From positions 1,344,001-1,408,000 of the forward strand of contig CAXWPL010000005.1 in the NCBI GenBank assembly GCA_963666215.2: a stretch of 64,000 nucleotides of DNA. The letters are read 5' to 3'. Under the pieces are notes generated by a model. It was not told the origin of the DNA and did no database searches. It saw only the letters and a list, made by a program, of their open reading frames with translations. Both the position numbers and the translations under genes were made by a program. Origin of the DNA: Acidobacteriota bacterium (lineage in GTDB: Bacteria; Acidobacteriota; UBA890; WLXD01). The stretch's first letter is position 1. Each line of letters starts with the position of its first letter. Shown piece after piece: positions 51,994 through 63,830 of this stretch.

Positions 51994-53380
51994 TGTCGTT
52001 CCTCAAAACTCGTCCGGCGGCAGAAAGGTGGTTTCGTAGCCACGGAGTTCGGCCAGCACCCCGGTCTGAGCTCCCCCAAGGACGACGGCAACGGTCGAGA
52101 TGAAGGACGACTCGTGGGCACTCCGCTGCTGGCGCTATCAGCGCCCAACGAAGCCCCTTGTCTCCAGAAGGCAGCCTGCGGAGGAGAAGCCGAGTCAGGA
52201 GCGCGATGTTCAGGCGGCTTCGCGCCACTCGTATCGGTGATGGAGCCCTCCGACACGAGGCATCGAGACGACCTTCGCGGTCGGCGCCGGGGGCGATGTC
52301 GCGGGTCGGCTAGACGGAGTGTCCTTGCCGAGGCCGAGATGCGTGCGGTCCTGGTGGAAGTAGGCGATGTATGCGCGAGCGAGCCGAACAGCGTGGCGCT
52401 CGTTGAATACGACCACGTGATCGAAGAGTTCGCGGCGGCACCCGCCGATCCATCGTTCGGCCACAGGATTCTGCCATGGACTGCGATACGCGGTTCTGCA
52501 CGGCTTCGTACCCATCGACCGGACGAACCCGACTACCGCCTCACTGAAGATCGAGTCGCGGTCGAAGATCAGATGCCTCGGCGCCGTATCGAACGGGAAG
52601 GCTTCTCGCAGCTGCTGGATGACCCAGGCGGCGCTGGGGTTAAAGGTGGCGTTGAAGTGGAGGATCTGTCGTCGGTCGTGGTGGATGACGAACCAGCAGT
52701 ACAGGACCCGGAACGAGGCGGTCGGAACCGTGAAGAAGTCCATCGCCGCGATGCACTCCTTGTGGTTGCGCAGGAAACTCAACCACTGTTGGACGACATC
52801 GGGACTTGCAGGCCGTCGCGGCATGTGCCGGGAGACGGTGGCCTCGGAGACGGTGAAGCCCAGCTTCTCCAGTTCACCGTGAATTCGCGGAGCTCCCCAG
52901 TCGTTTTCCAGAGCCATCCGACGGATCAACTCGCGGATCTCGCTGTCCATTCGCGGCCGCCCGGGGCCACTCTTGGGTCGCGAGATCTCAGTCCAGTAGC
53001 GCCGAAAGCGCTCACGATGCCACTTCACGACGGTCTCCGGCTTCACAATGATTAGGCGTTCGGCCCAGCCGCTCCAGGCTCTTCTCATTGCCACCCAGAA
53101 TACGCGGTCCGCGTCGTCGAGCTGCGGGCGAGGTCGCTTGCGCTTCAGCGCCTCGACCTGCTGTTTCAAGACGATGTTCTCGAGAACGAGCGAGGACTGC
53201 GACCGAAGAGCCACTTGAAGGCCCCGGATCATGAAGGTGGTGAGCAAGTAGAACACTCTGAGCATGGCCCGCGGAGGTTGACGAAGTCGGCTGCCGGCCG
53301 CAAGAGACAGCCACTCCCGCGTCCGAGCGATCGGCCCTAAACCGTTGATTCCAGGCGCGGATGCATTCTGAGGAGGGACA
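51994..53380 (-). mobile_element. IS481-like element (TGT...ACA ends) encoding an rve transposase
   Basis: Imperfect IRs TGTCGTTCCTCAAAAC and revcomp TGTCCCTCCTCAGAAT; no clear TSD. Confidence 0.75.
52210..53265 (-). CDS. Integrase-core (rve) transposase
   Basis: WGAPRIHGEL, AMDFFTV, LIFDRD, SPWQN.VAERW, GGLHHRY. Confidence 0.9.
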   Translation of the reverse strand: MLRVFYLLTTFMIRGLQVALRSQSSLVLENIVLKQQVEALKRKRPRPQLDDADRVFWVAMRRAWSGWAERLIIVKPETVVKWHRERFRRYWTEISRPKSGPGRPRMDSEIRELIRRMALENDWGAPRIHGELEKLGFTVSEATVSRHMPRRPASPDVVQQWLSFLRNHKECIAAMDFFTVPTASFRVLYCWFVIHHDRRQILHFNATFNPSAAWVIQQLREAFPFDTAPRHLIFDRDSIFSEAVVGFVRSMGTKPCRTAYRSPWQNPVAERWIGGCRRELFDHVVVFNERHAVRLARAYIAYFHQDRTHLGLGKDTPSSRPATSPPAPTAKVVSMPRVGGLHHRYEWREAA

Positions 53381-53412
53381 ACCGGCAATAAACTACCGGC
53401 CGAACGGGCCCG

Positions 53413-54202
53413 CTACAGGTTGGAAACAGATCCGCCGCCGACCTCCAAGGTTGCGGCGTTGATATAGCGAGCATCCTCGGAACTGAGAAAGAGCACGGTA
53501 TTGGCGATATCCTCGGCTTGGACCTTACCTTCTAGAATTTGGATGTACTCGCGTACGTGTTCGAGCCAGTGGTAGCCTTCCTTGTTGACTATTAGGCGCG
53601 GCCGGATGGTGTTGACCCTGATGTTCTCAGGCCCGCCCATGCTCGCGGTGACACGGGTGAAGCCCTCGAGCCCGGCTTTGGCCGCCGCGTAGCTCGACAC
53701 GTCGAAACCCCCGCGAATCTCCAGCATCTTTTCTGTGAAGCCCGACCCTGCGGCACCGGATGAAATATTGGTAATCACTCCGCCGCCGGCGGCGGCCATA
53801 TGCGGCCACACGGCCCGGGTTACGTAGAAGGGGCCCGTCAGGTTGACACCGATAACGCGGTCCCACGTCTCGTTGTCCTCCAACCTCATCGGTTCTCCGG
53901 CTTTTCCGCCTAATCCGCCCCCGCCGGCGTTGTTGACCAAGATGTGGATCGCTCCGTAGGTTTCGACGGTTTGCGCTATTGCCGCCTCGACGGACTCGTG
54001 GTCGCTTACGTCACAGGTAATGAAGGTGGCGTCGCCTCCCGCCTTGCGAATCCCGTCCTCCACGGCTTGACCCTTATCCTGCCGTCTGGCCAACAGTGCC
54101 ACCCTTGGCACCCTCCCGGGCCAGCACCTTGCCGGTGGCCTCCCCGATGCCGCTGTTACCGCCAGTAACGACGGCGACCTTGCCTTCCAGTTTCTCAGCC
54201 AT
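53413..54202 (-). CDS. SDR-family oxidoreductase (one frameshift near 54105)
   Basis: KVAVVTGGNSGIG in one frame; LVNNAG and YAAAK in the other. Confidence 0.85.
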
Positions 54203-54266
54203 TTCGCCTCCTATTCAAGCAGTTGATTTTGCCAAGCGGGCCTGCGCCAGAATCTCCGGGACAGGA

Positions 54267-55730
54267 TTACGCTATCAACCCCTCTACCACTTTCGGCCCC
54301 TCGGCGGGTCCGATCAGGCGCTGATCGAGGCCCTGGAACAGGTAGGTGAGCCGTTCGGCGTCCAGGCCGAGCTGGTGCAGGATGGTCGCCTGCAGGTCGT
54401 GGACGTGCACCGGGTTCTCCACGGCGTAGTAGCCGATCTCATCGGTCGCGCCGTAATTGAGGCCCGGTTTGATGCCGCCGCCGGCCATCCACATGGAGAA
54501 GGCGTGCGGGTGATGGTCGCGCCCGATGTAGTCGCCGTACTTGCCGCCGCGGTTCTCGCGCATCGGAGTGCGGCCGAATTCCCCGCCCCAGACGATCAGC
54601 GTCTCGTCCAGCAGGCCGCGTTGTTTCAGGTCCTTGACCAGAGCCGACATCGGCCGGTCGACTTCCTTGGCGCGCTTCGGCAATTCGTATCGGATGTCCT
54701 CTCGCAGCAGCGAGCCGTGATGGTCCCAACCCCAGTGGAAGAGCTGCACGTAGCGCACACCGCTCTCGATCAACCGCCGCGCCAGCAGGCAGTTGTTCGC
54801 GAAGGACACCTTGCCCGGCTCGGTGCCGTACAGGGTGTGCGTCGCGTCCGGCTCCTTGGAGATATCCATCACCTCGGGAACCGAGATCTGCATACGGTAG
54901 GCCAGCTCGTATTGGGAGATGCGAGCCAGCGTTTCCGGATCGCCGAACTTCTTCTCCTGTAGCTCGTTCATATCGCGCAAGCCGTCGAGCGTCCTGCGCC
55001 GCATGGAGCGGCTGATGCCTGTCGGGTCGCTCAGGTAGAGCACCGGATCGCCCTGGGTGCGGCACTGCACGCCCTGATAGACCGAAGGCAAGAATCCGCT
55101 GCCCCACACGCTCTTTCCGGCGCTGGGAATCCTGCCACCGCTGGCGAGCACCACAAAGCCCGGCAGGTCCTGGTTCTCCGTGCCGAGTCCGTAGGTGACC
55201 CACGAGCCGATCGAGCCGTAACCCAGCCGGGAGTTGCCCGTGTGCATGAACAGCTGCGCGGGCGCGTGGTTGAAGTGATCCGTCTTCATCGACCGGACCA
55301 CGGCAATGTCATCCGCGACGGTTGCCAGGTGCGGCAGAATCTCACTCATCCAGGTACCGGCCTGACCATGCTGCTTGAACTCGAACGGGCTGCCGAGCAG
55401 CTTGGGCACTCCTTTGATGAAGGCGAAGCGCTTGCCTTCGAGGAGATCCTGCGGGCAGTCCTGGCCGTCGAACTTCTTGAGCTCGGGCTTGTAGTCGAAC
55501 AGGTCGAGCGTCGAAGGCGAGCCCGCCATGTGCAGGTAGATGACGGCTTTGGCCTTGGCAGCAAGATGAGGTGGCTTCGGCGCGAGAGGATTGCTGACCG
55601 AGTCCTCCTCTGCCTCGAGTAGACCGGGGCCCGCCAGACCTGACAAAGCAGCACCAGCCAGACCGATCTGGCAGCGCTGGAAAAAATGACGGCGAGTCAG
55701 CGTTTGTTGGAGTTCGAGGTAGGGGTTCAT
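54267..55730 (-). CDS. DUF1501 domain protein
   Basis: TRRHFF, AKAVIYLHMAG.PS..DLFDYKP, CLLARRL.E.GVR, WGGEFGRTP, GRDH. Confidence 0.93.
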   Translation of the reverse strand: MNPYLELQQTLTRRHFFQRCQIGLAGAALSGLAGPGLLEAEEDSVSNPLAPKPPHLAAKAKAVIYLHMAGSPSTLDLFDYKPELKKFDGQDCPQDLLEGKRFAFIKGVPKLLGSPFEFKQHGQAGTWMSEILPHLATVADDIAVVRSMKTDHFNHAPAQLFMHTGNSRLGYGSIGSWVTYGLGTENQDLPGFVVLASGGRIPSAGKSVWGSGFLPSVYQGVQCRTQGDPVLYLSDPTGISRSMRRRTLDGLRDMNELQEKKFGDPETLARISQYELAYRMQISVPEVMDISKEPDATHTLYGTEPGKVSFANNCLLARRLIESGVRYVQLFHWGWDHHGSLLREDIRYELPKRAKEVDRPMSALVKDLKQRGLLDETLIVWGGEFGRTPMRENRGGKYGDYIGRDHHPHAFSMWMAGGGIKPGLNYGATDEIGYYAVENPVHVHDLQATILHQLGLDAERLTYLFQGLDQRLIGPAEGPKVVEGLIA

Positions 55731-55776
55731 GGTTTTTTTCTCTGGATCAGCGCTCCGCGTAGGGGACAGGCACAAG

Positions 55777-58150
55777 CTACCGCTTCGTCAGTGTCTCATC
55801 GAGGTTGAGCAGCACATTGGCCGCCACCACCCAGGCGGCCCGATCCGCGTCGTGCTCTGTGGGCCGGCCGAGGTACGGCTGCCTGAGCGCCTTCAGACCG
55901 ACGTCGATGTGCTGCCCGCGGTTCTTCTCCCGATTCCGACTCGCGTAGACAGCGACCACGTTCTTTCCAGGCTTGATGGCCGCCACGGCGTCCGTGTAGA
56001 GCGGAAACTCCGTATGGGTGTCGTACTGCTGGGGCGGATGGGCCGCAGGGACACCGTTCACGAACGCGTCGAAAGCGCATTGATAGCGCATCTCGAACTT
56101 GTAGTCCATGAGACCCTCCGGTGGCACATCGAACTCGATCCGCATCCAGATCCCCTCGGTGTCCCAATCGCTCACCACCTCGATGTCCTTGTTCGAGCCC
56201 TTCTGGTCCTCGATGTAGCCAAAGGTCCCTGAGCCGGTGCGCCACTCCGAATCGTCAAGGTCGGCATGGGCCCAGTTGCCGGGAGGCTCCTTGGTGGTGT
56301 AGCGCCACTGCGCGCCGGCGCCGCGGGAATCCTCCACGAGCGTGGTCAAGCGGCCTTCCTCGTAGAGCGTGTCGTCGTAGTTGAGGAGCTGGCGGGCACG
56401 GCGGGAGTCGTTAGCTAGCTCGGCCTTGGCCTCCGCGTGCAAACTCACGATGCGCTCGACCTCTTCGTCCGACGGGGGCCGAATCAGAGTTGTCTGGAGG
56501 GCGTGGCGTGCCCGCTCCGCGGTCGCTGGCCCGGCTTCTTCCAGGGTGCGCAGCGCCAGGTGCTGTGCGGCCTCCATGAACACCGGGTCGTTGAGCGACG
56601 CTAGCGCTTGAAGCGGGGTGTTCGTCCTGATCCGGCGAACGGTGCACACTTCTCGGGAGGGCGCATCGTAGGCGATCATCGAGGGATAGGGAGCGCTGCG
56701 TCGCCACAAGGTATAGAGACCGCGCCGGTAGCGGTCTTCGCCGGCGCTGGTCTCCCAGCGTGTGAGGGTGTCGTTGACCATCTGCCAGATGCCATCCGGC
56801 TGCCAGGGCATGACGGGGGGGCCGTACATCTTCTCACTCAGCAGGCCACTGATGGCGAGGGCCTGATCGCGAACCATCCCGGCCTCGAGCCGAACACGCG
56901 GGCCGCGCGCCAGCAGCCGGTTCTGCGGATCACGATCCGCCAGCTCGGCCGTGACCTCCGAGGCTTGTCGGTAGGTCGCCGACGTCACCATCGTTTGGAG
57001 AATAGCCTTGATGTCCCAGTCGAGGCGCATGAACTCCGTGGCCAGCCAGTCGAGCAGTTCCGGATGAGTGGGCGGAGTGCCTTGCGCGCCGAAGTCTTCT
57101 TCCGTCTCCACCAGCCCGACGCCAAAAAGCTTGGCCCACAACCGGTTGACCATGACGCGGGCAGTGAGCGGGTTCCCTTTGTCGACAATCCACTTGGCCA
57201 GCCCAAGGCGGTTCGGAGGGGCGGCCTTTGGCGCGGCGTGAAACGCCGTGAGCACGGCGGGCTGAACCTCAGCGCCCTTGCTCAAGAAGCTGCCCCGCTC
57301 ATGGATATTCGTGGCACGGCGCTCGTCGCCCACCAGGTCGCGCATTATCAAGGCGGTCACGTCCTCTCCGAGGTCGAGCGTGGGGCGATCGTCGAACTGG
57401 TCGTGATCCTCGGTCTGGTTGAAGAAGGCGTAGAGCTGGTAGAACTCCTTCTGTGGGATGGGGTCGTACTTGTGGTTATGGCACTGCGCGCACCCGAAGG
57501 TCAGGCCCATCCACACCTGGCCCGTTGTGGCCACGCGGTCCTTGACGGCGAGGTCGCGGAACTCTTCGTCGTCGGTACCAGCCTCGGTGTTGGTCATGGT
57601 GTTGCGGTGGAAGCCGGTCGCGATGAGCTGCTCCTTGGTGGGCACCGGCTGAAGATCCCCTGCTAGCTGCAAGACCGTGAAGCGGTCGTAAGGCATGTTG
57701 GCGTTGAGCGCGCGGATGACCCAATCGCGGTAGGGCCACATTGTGCGCAGGCCGTCCTGCTCGTAGCCTTTCGAGTCGGCATAACGAGCCAGATCCAGCC
57801 ACATATCGGCCCAGCGCTCACCATAGCGCGGCGAGTTGAGCAGCTGGACCACCGCCTCTTCATAGGTCAGCGGAGGCTCGGCCTGTTCTTCGGCCTCGGT
57901 TCCTGTCTCCGCGGCCTCGCTTTCTCCTACTCCTTCGCTCTCCGGGGCCGGCGGCGCTTCCCTTGTGAAGGCTGCTACCAATTCGGGGTCGGGCGGGAGC
58001 CCCGTCAGGTCGAGAGCCAGGCGGCGGATCAGTGTGTATTCGTCAGCCTCCCCAGATGGACTGAGGCCCTCGCTCTCCAGACGGGCCAGGACAAAACGAT
58101 CGACTTCGTTACGGGCCGAGTCCTCGTTCGAGATTTCGGGCAGTTCCGGG
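55777..58150 (-). pseudogene. DUF1549/DUF1553 (PSD1) protein, 5' truncated
   Basis: LIRRLALDLTGLPP, YGERWA..WLDLARYADS, CAQCHNHKYDP, PTHPELLDWLA, TPLQAL..LN. Confidence 0.88.
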
Positions 58151-58302
58151 CACTCGGCTCTGGTCCGGGTGACGCACTGGCTCAGCTCGCTGAGCTTCTT
58201 CGTTCTGGTCCTCAGCGGCGTTGCGATCCTGCTGGCTCACCCACGGCTCTACTGGGGCGAGGCGGGAGCCCTGGGGTCGCCGTCCCTGATCGACCTACCT
58301 CT
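58149..58302 (+). pseudogene. Cytochrome b/b6-domain protein fragment
   Basis: HSALVRVTHW...LSGVAILLAHPRLYWGE. Confidence 0.65.
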
Positions 58303-59162
58303 CTCCGGCGCCCCTCTACCACGCCGCTCCGCTGGGCTTCACCGCAGGCACGCAGCGCCAGGGTGGCACTGTCGTCGTCATGGAGCGCTTCGACGAGGAG
58401 CTGGCGCTGCGTTATATCGAGCAGTACGACATCACCGTGAGCCAATGGGTGCCGACGATGTTCGTGCGCATGCTCAAGCTCGAAGAGGAGGCTCGCCACC
58501 GGCACGATCTCTCCAGGCACAAGAGGGCGATTCACGCCGCCGCTCCCTGCCCTGTCGTCGTGAAGCGACGGATGATCGAGTGGTGGGGACCGATCCTGCT
58601 CGAGTACTACGCTGGCACCGAGGGCAACGGCGGGCGACGAGATCGCGGCCGCGAGCGAGGGCGTCGTCTACTTCGAGCAAGACCCCGAGATCCCACTCTT
58701 CGAGTACCACAACGCGAAGAGAAGACCGTCGGCTCGCGGAATCCCCGCAACGAGCGCTGGACCACCCTCGGCGACGTCGGCTTCGTCGACGAAGACGGCT
58801 TCCTCTTTCTCACCGACCGCAAGGCGTTCATGATCATCTCGGGCGGTGTCAACATCTACTCGCAGGAGATCGAGAACGCCCTGGCCATGCACCCCAAAGT
58901 CGCCGACGTGGCGGTGATCGGAGTGCCCAATGAAGAGATGGGCGAAGAGGTCAAGGCGGTAGTGCAGCTCCGAGAGCCGCTGTCGGCCGGCGAAGAGATC
59001 GCCCAGGAGTTGATCGCCTACTCACGTGAGCAGCTCGCGGGCTACAAGGTACCGCGCTCGGTGGATTTCGAAGAGGAGATGCCCCGACTGCCAACGGGCA
59101 AGCTCTACAAGCGCCTCCTGCGCGACCGCTACTGGGGCAACCACGGCTCCCGCATCGTTTGA
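58297..59162 (+). pseudogene. Acyl-CoA synthetase C-terminal part, frameshifted
   Basis: LSPAPLYHAAPL, EYYAGTEG, TLGDVG.VDEDG.LFLTDRK, ISGGVNIY, PTGKLYK. Confidence 0.88.
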
Positions 59163-59380
59163 CGCTGCGCCGTCCTCGGCGCCATGTTGTCTACGCGCAG
59201 GCAGTGATAGCAATCACTTTCCGTAGGCTAGCCGAGGGGCTCTCCGGGCCTGATACTCGCCAAGTACTCCTCGCTGGGCTCAGATCGAATCCCGGCGACC
59301 GCGAGACGCTCGCTCCCTCGATAGAGGAGACGCGCTTGGGCTTCGGTCCCTCGTACTCTCTTCGACCTGGGATGACGCCT

Positions 59381-59794
59381 TCAGGGCACCACCTTGAAGG
59401 CATTGCGACCTCTCCAGCGGTAGATCTCGAAGTCCGTCCGGTCGGTGGTGAAGACAAGAGCGGTTTCTAGCTCCTCGGCGAGAGCGACCAGGGTCGCGTC
59501 GGCGTAGTCCATCGGCAGGTCTGCGTACTTCGTCACCAATTGACGGCAGCGATCGAGAGCGGCGCGGCTCGAAGGAACGAGCACAGCGCCCCCTCGGAGG
59601 AAGAAGTCGAGACAGGTCTCGATGCCACGTGGCGCGCGGCTCAATAGGTGGGTCGCCTCCGTGAGCACGGCCTCGGTGCTGACGACCGGCCCTTGCCAGT
59701 CCTCGAAGAAGTCTACAAACTCTCGATGTCGCGTCTGGCTGAGATCGAGCAGAGAAACCAGAGCACCGGTGTCGAGAAGAAGCTCACCGGCCAC
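59381..59794 (-). CDS. vapC: PIN-domain (VapC-type) toxin
   Basis: LLDTGAL, VLTEA, MDYADATLV, FTTDRTDF. Confidence 0.88.
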   Translation of the reverse strand: MAGELLLDTGALVSLLDLSQTRHREFVDFFEDWQGPVVSTEAVLTEATHLLSRAPRGIETCLDFFLRGGAVLVPSSRAALDRCRQLVTKYADLPMDYADATLVALAEELETALVFTTDRTDFEIYRWRGRNAFKVVP

Positions 59795-60032
59795 GCCGGA
59801 GGCTCTCCAGTACGTATTCGCGGTGCCTCTCGGCGAGGTCCGAGACTCCGGTCTCGACCGAGCCGAGCAGACTGCTCACGGCGCGAGCAGCGGACGCGTC
59901 CGCTCGCAAGTGGAGGAATTCCTCGAGCGCCATCCTCACCACTTCCGAGCGCTTGCGCCGCATGCAAAGAGCGGCCTCCTCGAGAGAAGCACTCAGATCA
60001 TCGGGTAGGCGGACCGTCAGTTGCTCCGACAT
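59784..60032 (-). CDS. Ribbon-helix-helix antitoxin
   Basis: QLTVRLPDDL...RSEVVRMALEE...DLAERH; overlaps the PIN gene. Confidence 0.85.
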   Translation of the reverse strand: MSEQLTVRLPDDLSASLEEAALCMRRKRSEVVRMALEEFLHLRADASAARAVSSLLGSVETGVSDLAERHREYVLESLRRGR

Positions 60033-60494
60033 GGGCTATCCTCTTGCTCTGTTGTTACCACTGCTATGCAGTGCGATGCAATGCTACCACCGCGCGGGAG
60101 TGGATCAGCGTACTCGAGGCCAGCTAGTGTCCTGTATCAGTGGTTCGTTGCGTAAATCGCGCGGTCATTTTGTGTGCTGCCAAGGCGAGCCGCCGAAGTC
60201 ATATCGGGAATATTACGAGGAGGAGCAACGACGGCAGCGCGCAAAAGGGCCCGCGAGTTGCGTGACGTACTACTGTTACAGGACACTAGAAGCCGATCTT
60301 CATCCATCCCCTGAAGGGGGCTCGGCTCGCCGAGATCGAACAAGACCTCGAATCCTAGGGCCTCGTTCGCGCTTTTCAGGACCAGAACGATCACTTTGCC
60401 TTCATCCTCAAACGGTCCGGATATCCAAAACTTTGAATATCGATGCATTTTTTTGAGTATGGAGTTCTAGCTAAAACACAACATATGGTATCCG

Positions 60495-62988
60495 ACCTTC
60501 CGTCACCGCCGAACTGGAGGGGCTGGGGGCGGCCGAGCTGGCGACCACCCTGAATCCGGGGCAGCGCCGCGGCGTCGACCTCACCTTGGCGGGAGGAACC
60601 GCCGAGGAGATCACGGTCACCGGCGAAGCGCCGATGATAAGCAAGTACGAGACCGGCTCCGTCAGCTCAATGAAGCCGGAGGTGACCGAGAACGTTGCCT
60701 TCCAGAGTCGCTTCTATGCCGCCACCATTCGCGCGCTTCCCGGCGTGGTGAACCAGTCACAGCGCGACACTCTTCCCGCAGTCAACGGCGGCATTCACAT
60801 CGAGACGCAGGTCTTGATCGAAGGTGTGGACACCTCGAACACGCGCCGCGGGGGCGAGGCGCGCGTGATCATGCCGGCGTCGGCGCTGTCCGAGACCAGG
60901 CTCGAAACGATGGGCTTCGGCGCCGAGTACGGCCGGGCGACCGGCGGCATCATCAACTCGACCGTCAAGACCGGCACCAACAACTTTCACGGCGACTTTC
61001 TCTACGTCGGCCAGAACCCGAAGTGGAGAGCCGAGGACCAGTTTCAGTTGGAGCGACCGGACGACCAGATCAACAGCTACGAGGCGTCGCTGGGCGGGCC
61101 CATCTTGCGCCAAAAGGCGTGGTTCTTTGCCGCCTACGCCGAGATGACCGAGAACCTCCTGGACCAATTAGCGAGCGGCGACGTGGTTGACAACAGTCGC
61201 ACCTCGGAGCCCCGCATCCTCAAGCTCAACTACCAGCCTAGCGATCGCCACCAGCTGGCGGGGACGTGGATCGATTCGCGCGGCTTCTCCCTCGCCAACA
61301 CGTCTCGCACCGGCAACCGTGATGCCATCACGCACCGTCCGCTCTACGCGAAGGTACTGACCGGGGGCTGGAGCTTCGCGGCTACCAGCTCGACCTTCAT
61401 CGAGGTCAAGGTATCCGAGCGCAAGGATCTCTTTCCTCGCACTCTCAAATTCCCCAAGGATCCGGCGACACTGAGCCCCGAGAGCTCCGACAATCCGGTC
61501 GACAACAATTTCCGCTACCGCGATCTTGCGCAAAGTAACGTTCGCTTTAACGGCGTGGTGAGCGGGCAGGGGGTCGGCCACAACGACTTCCCTCGCGACA
61601 CGGCGGGGGGCTCAGCGACTTTGTTCAAGGGGCGCAACGAGATCAAGTTCGGCATCGACATCCAGGATATCGCGTACGAGAATTTCGGCGACATAGGCAA
61701 GGAGTATCGCGGCAGAAACTTCTGTTTTGAATGCCCCGGAGGCTACCAGACACCGCAGCGCATGCGGGTCTTCCAGGAGTCCTTGCCGTCGCGTAGCGAG
61801 GGTCTCGAGAGCTCGGCCTATGTGCAGGACCGCCTCGACGTCGGTGATCGCTTGAGCCTCCACATGGGCGTGCGTTACGACGCCGAGACGATCGATAACG
61901 ACGTCGGCACGCGGGTCCACGATTCCGACGACATCGCACCCCGTCTGACCGTGGTCTACGACGTCAATGCCGACGGCAAGCTGCTGGTGCGCGGCAGCGT
62001 CGGGCGCTACTACCAGAGCATCGGCCTGGATTTCGCCTTCCGCGAGTTCAGTGTGCTACCCACTGGGACCCAGAGCTACGACGAGTTCAATTGGAACAGC
62101 GCCACCGAGCGCTACGATATCTTCCGCACGAGCAGGAGGCCGGCGGGCGAGACCCAGACCCTGTTTCCGGTCGACCACCCCCACAAGGACCAGGTCGCGG
62201 TTGGCGTGGACTGGCAGCTGGCGCGGAACTGGGTCTTCAAGTCGAACCTGGTGTACCACGAGACCGACGACATCTTCTTCGGCAACGACCAGTACATGGA
62301 CAACGGCACGGGCATCGCGCGCGTGGTGCGCAACTGGCCCGGTGCCTTCCGCGAATATACGGCGGTCAGCCTCGAGCTCAATCGCAGGTTCCGCGGCGGC
62401 TGGACGTTCGTGTCCAACCTGACGGTGGGCAACGCCGAGGGCAATGCGGCCAACGAAAACAGCAACAATGACCTGTTCGAGGGCCTCGGCGGCCTCGAGC
62501 TGCCGAACCAAACGGTGCAGGACGCGGGTATTGCACCTGGCGCGACCGACGCCACCTCCAGGTTCCGGGCCGGGCGCCTGCGTCACGATATCGATCGGCT
62601 CAACCTCATCGCTATGAAGCGCTTTCAGTTCGGCAGGCAGGCCCTGACCCTGGGTGGCTTTTTCGCCGTCAGCTCCGGCAGGTACTTCGGCGGGACTGCC
62701 GCCACCACCGTAGCGCATCCGGTGACCGGTCTCGAGATCGACACCAATACCCGCGTCGAGGCGCGCGACGGCCAGCAGCTGGAGGGCATCTATACGCTCG
62801 ACCTCTCGGCCATGTGGTCGTTTCCGATCAAGGGTCCGGTGGAGGGGCAGCTGGGCTTAGAGGCCGCCAACATCACCGACCAGCAGGAGGTGCTCGAGAT
62901 CGACACCAATACCCTTCAGCCCATCAACTCGCTCTTGGCCTGGCAGGTGCCGCGCGAGTTTCGTTTGAAGGTTGGGATTCGTTTCTAG
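60495..62988 (+). pseudogene. TonB-dependent receptor (carboxypeptidase-regulatory domain type), 5' truncated
   Basis: EEITVTGEAP, AEYGRATGG..N..KTGTN.FHG, LGGPI..KAWFF, C-terminal RF; no signal peptide or start visible. Confidence 0.85.
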
Positions 62989-63001
62989 GTTTCTGAGCTC
63001 T

Positions 63002-63049
63002 GTCTCGAGGCGGGTGGCGTGGTTGCGTCCCCGCCTCGAGACGGTCTTT
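63002..63049 (+). terminator. Putative intrinsic terminator
   Basis: GTCTCGAGGCGGG...CCCGCCTCGAGAC stem just after the stop codon; weak U tract. Confidence 0.55.
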
Positions 63050-63105
63050 CGGCCCGGGTAGCCCTGGATCTTCGTCTCGACGAGATGGCGGAGGTGAGCT
63101 AGCCT

Positions 63106-63288
63106 CTAGCCTGGATTATTCATGAAGCTCCTACTGCGGTGCCGCAGCTGCCCGAATCTACTGCGTTGCGCTCGTTCGGGCTCCTCGACGTACTGCCAAA
63201 TACGCCTGCGGTGCCCTCGGTCGCGACGCCTTGTATCTCCGGGCATCTGCGGCACCTCGCTACGGACCTCATGAATAATCCAGGCTAG
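63106..63288. mobile_element. 183-bp CTAG-bounded MITE
   Basis: Perfect 20-bp IR CTAGCCTGGATTATTCATGA. Confidence 0.8.
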
Positions 63289-63338
63289 CTCTCCCCATTA
63301 GATCAAAACAGGAGAACGACATGATCCTCGGCATACAC

Positions 63339-63416
63339 CTTGGGTTCAAGGGGTCGTCGCAACGTTGCCTTGGTGAGCAGAGTGTACAAACTCATCGAAG
63401 ACTTCGGCAGGGGTTC
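63339..63416 (-). mobile_element. IS30 right end, interrupted by IS3
   Basis: Same terminus as 229 and 63831; inserted after codon 6 of a gene starting MILGIH (ATG 63321, SD AGGAG). Confidence 0.8.
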
Positions 63417-63830
63417 TGAGCGGTCACGGTTTCGTGGACACCAAGTTAAGCCCCATCGGGGCAGTTCCTATTCTGCATCAGTTCGGGTAGTCAGCTTCGG
63501 ACGAGGCTGTGCGAGGTTCGGGGAGCGCAGCCTCCCTTCGGATCCGACCGCCGGTCGCGCGTGAGTTCACGCTGCCCCTTCGAAGGCCTCGGGGCTCAGG
63601 AATCCGAGCGTCGAATGCTGGCGTCTCAGGTTGTAGAACACTTCGAGGTAAGAAACCGCTTCGTCGTGAGCTCGCTGACGAGTCTCGAAGGGTCGGTCCC
63701 AGACCTCGGTCTTGAGACTGTCGAAGAAGCTCTCCAAGACCGCATTGTCATAACAATTTCCGACGCCGGACATGCTGCAGCGAAACCGCAGCTCAGCCAG
63801 CCGATCCTGGTAAGCCTTCGAGGCGTACTG
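63417..63830 (-). mobile_element. IS3-family right end with transposase C-terminus (63567-63830)
   Basis: TGAGCGGTCACGGTTTCGTGGACAC end; QYAS..SMSGVGNCYDNA..ESFF.SLKTE...FYN..RQHSTLG.LSP..FE. Confidence 0.88.

Noticed and set aside
60474-60492. NrdR-box-like ACACAACATATGGT
   Set aside because: Single copy with no ribonucleotide reductase gene adjacent; cannot be supported.
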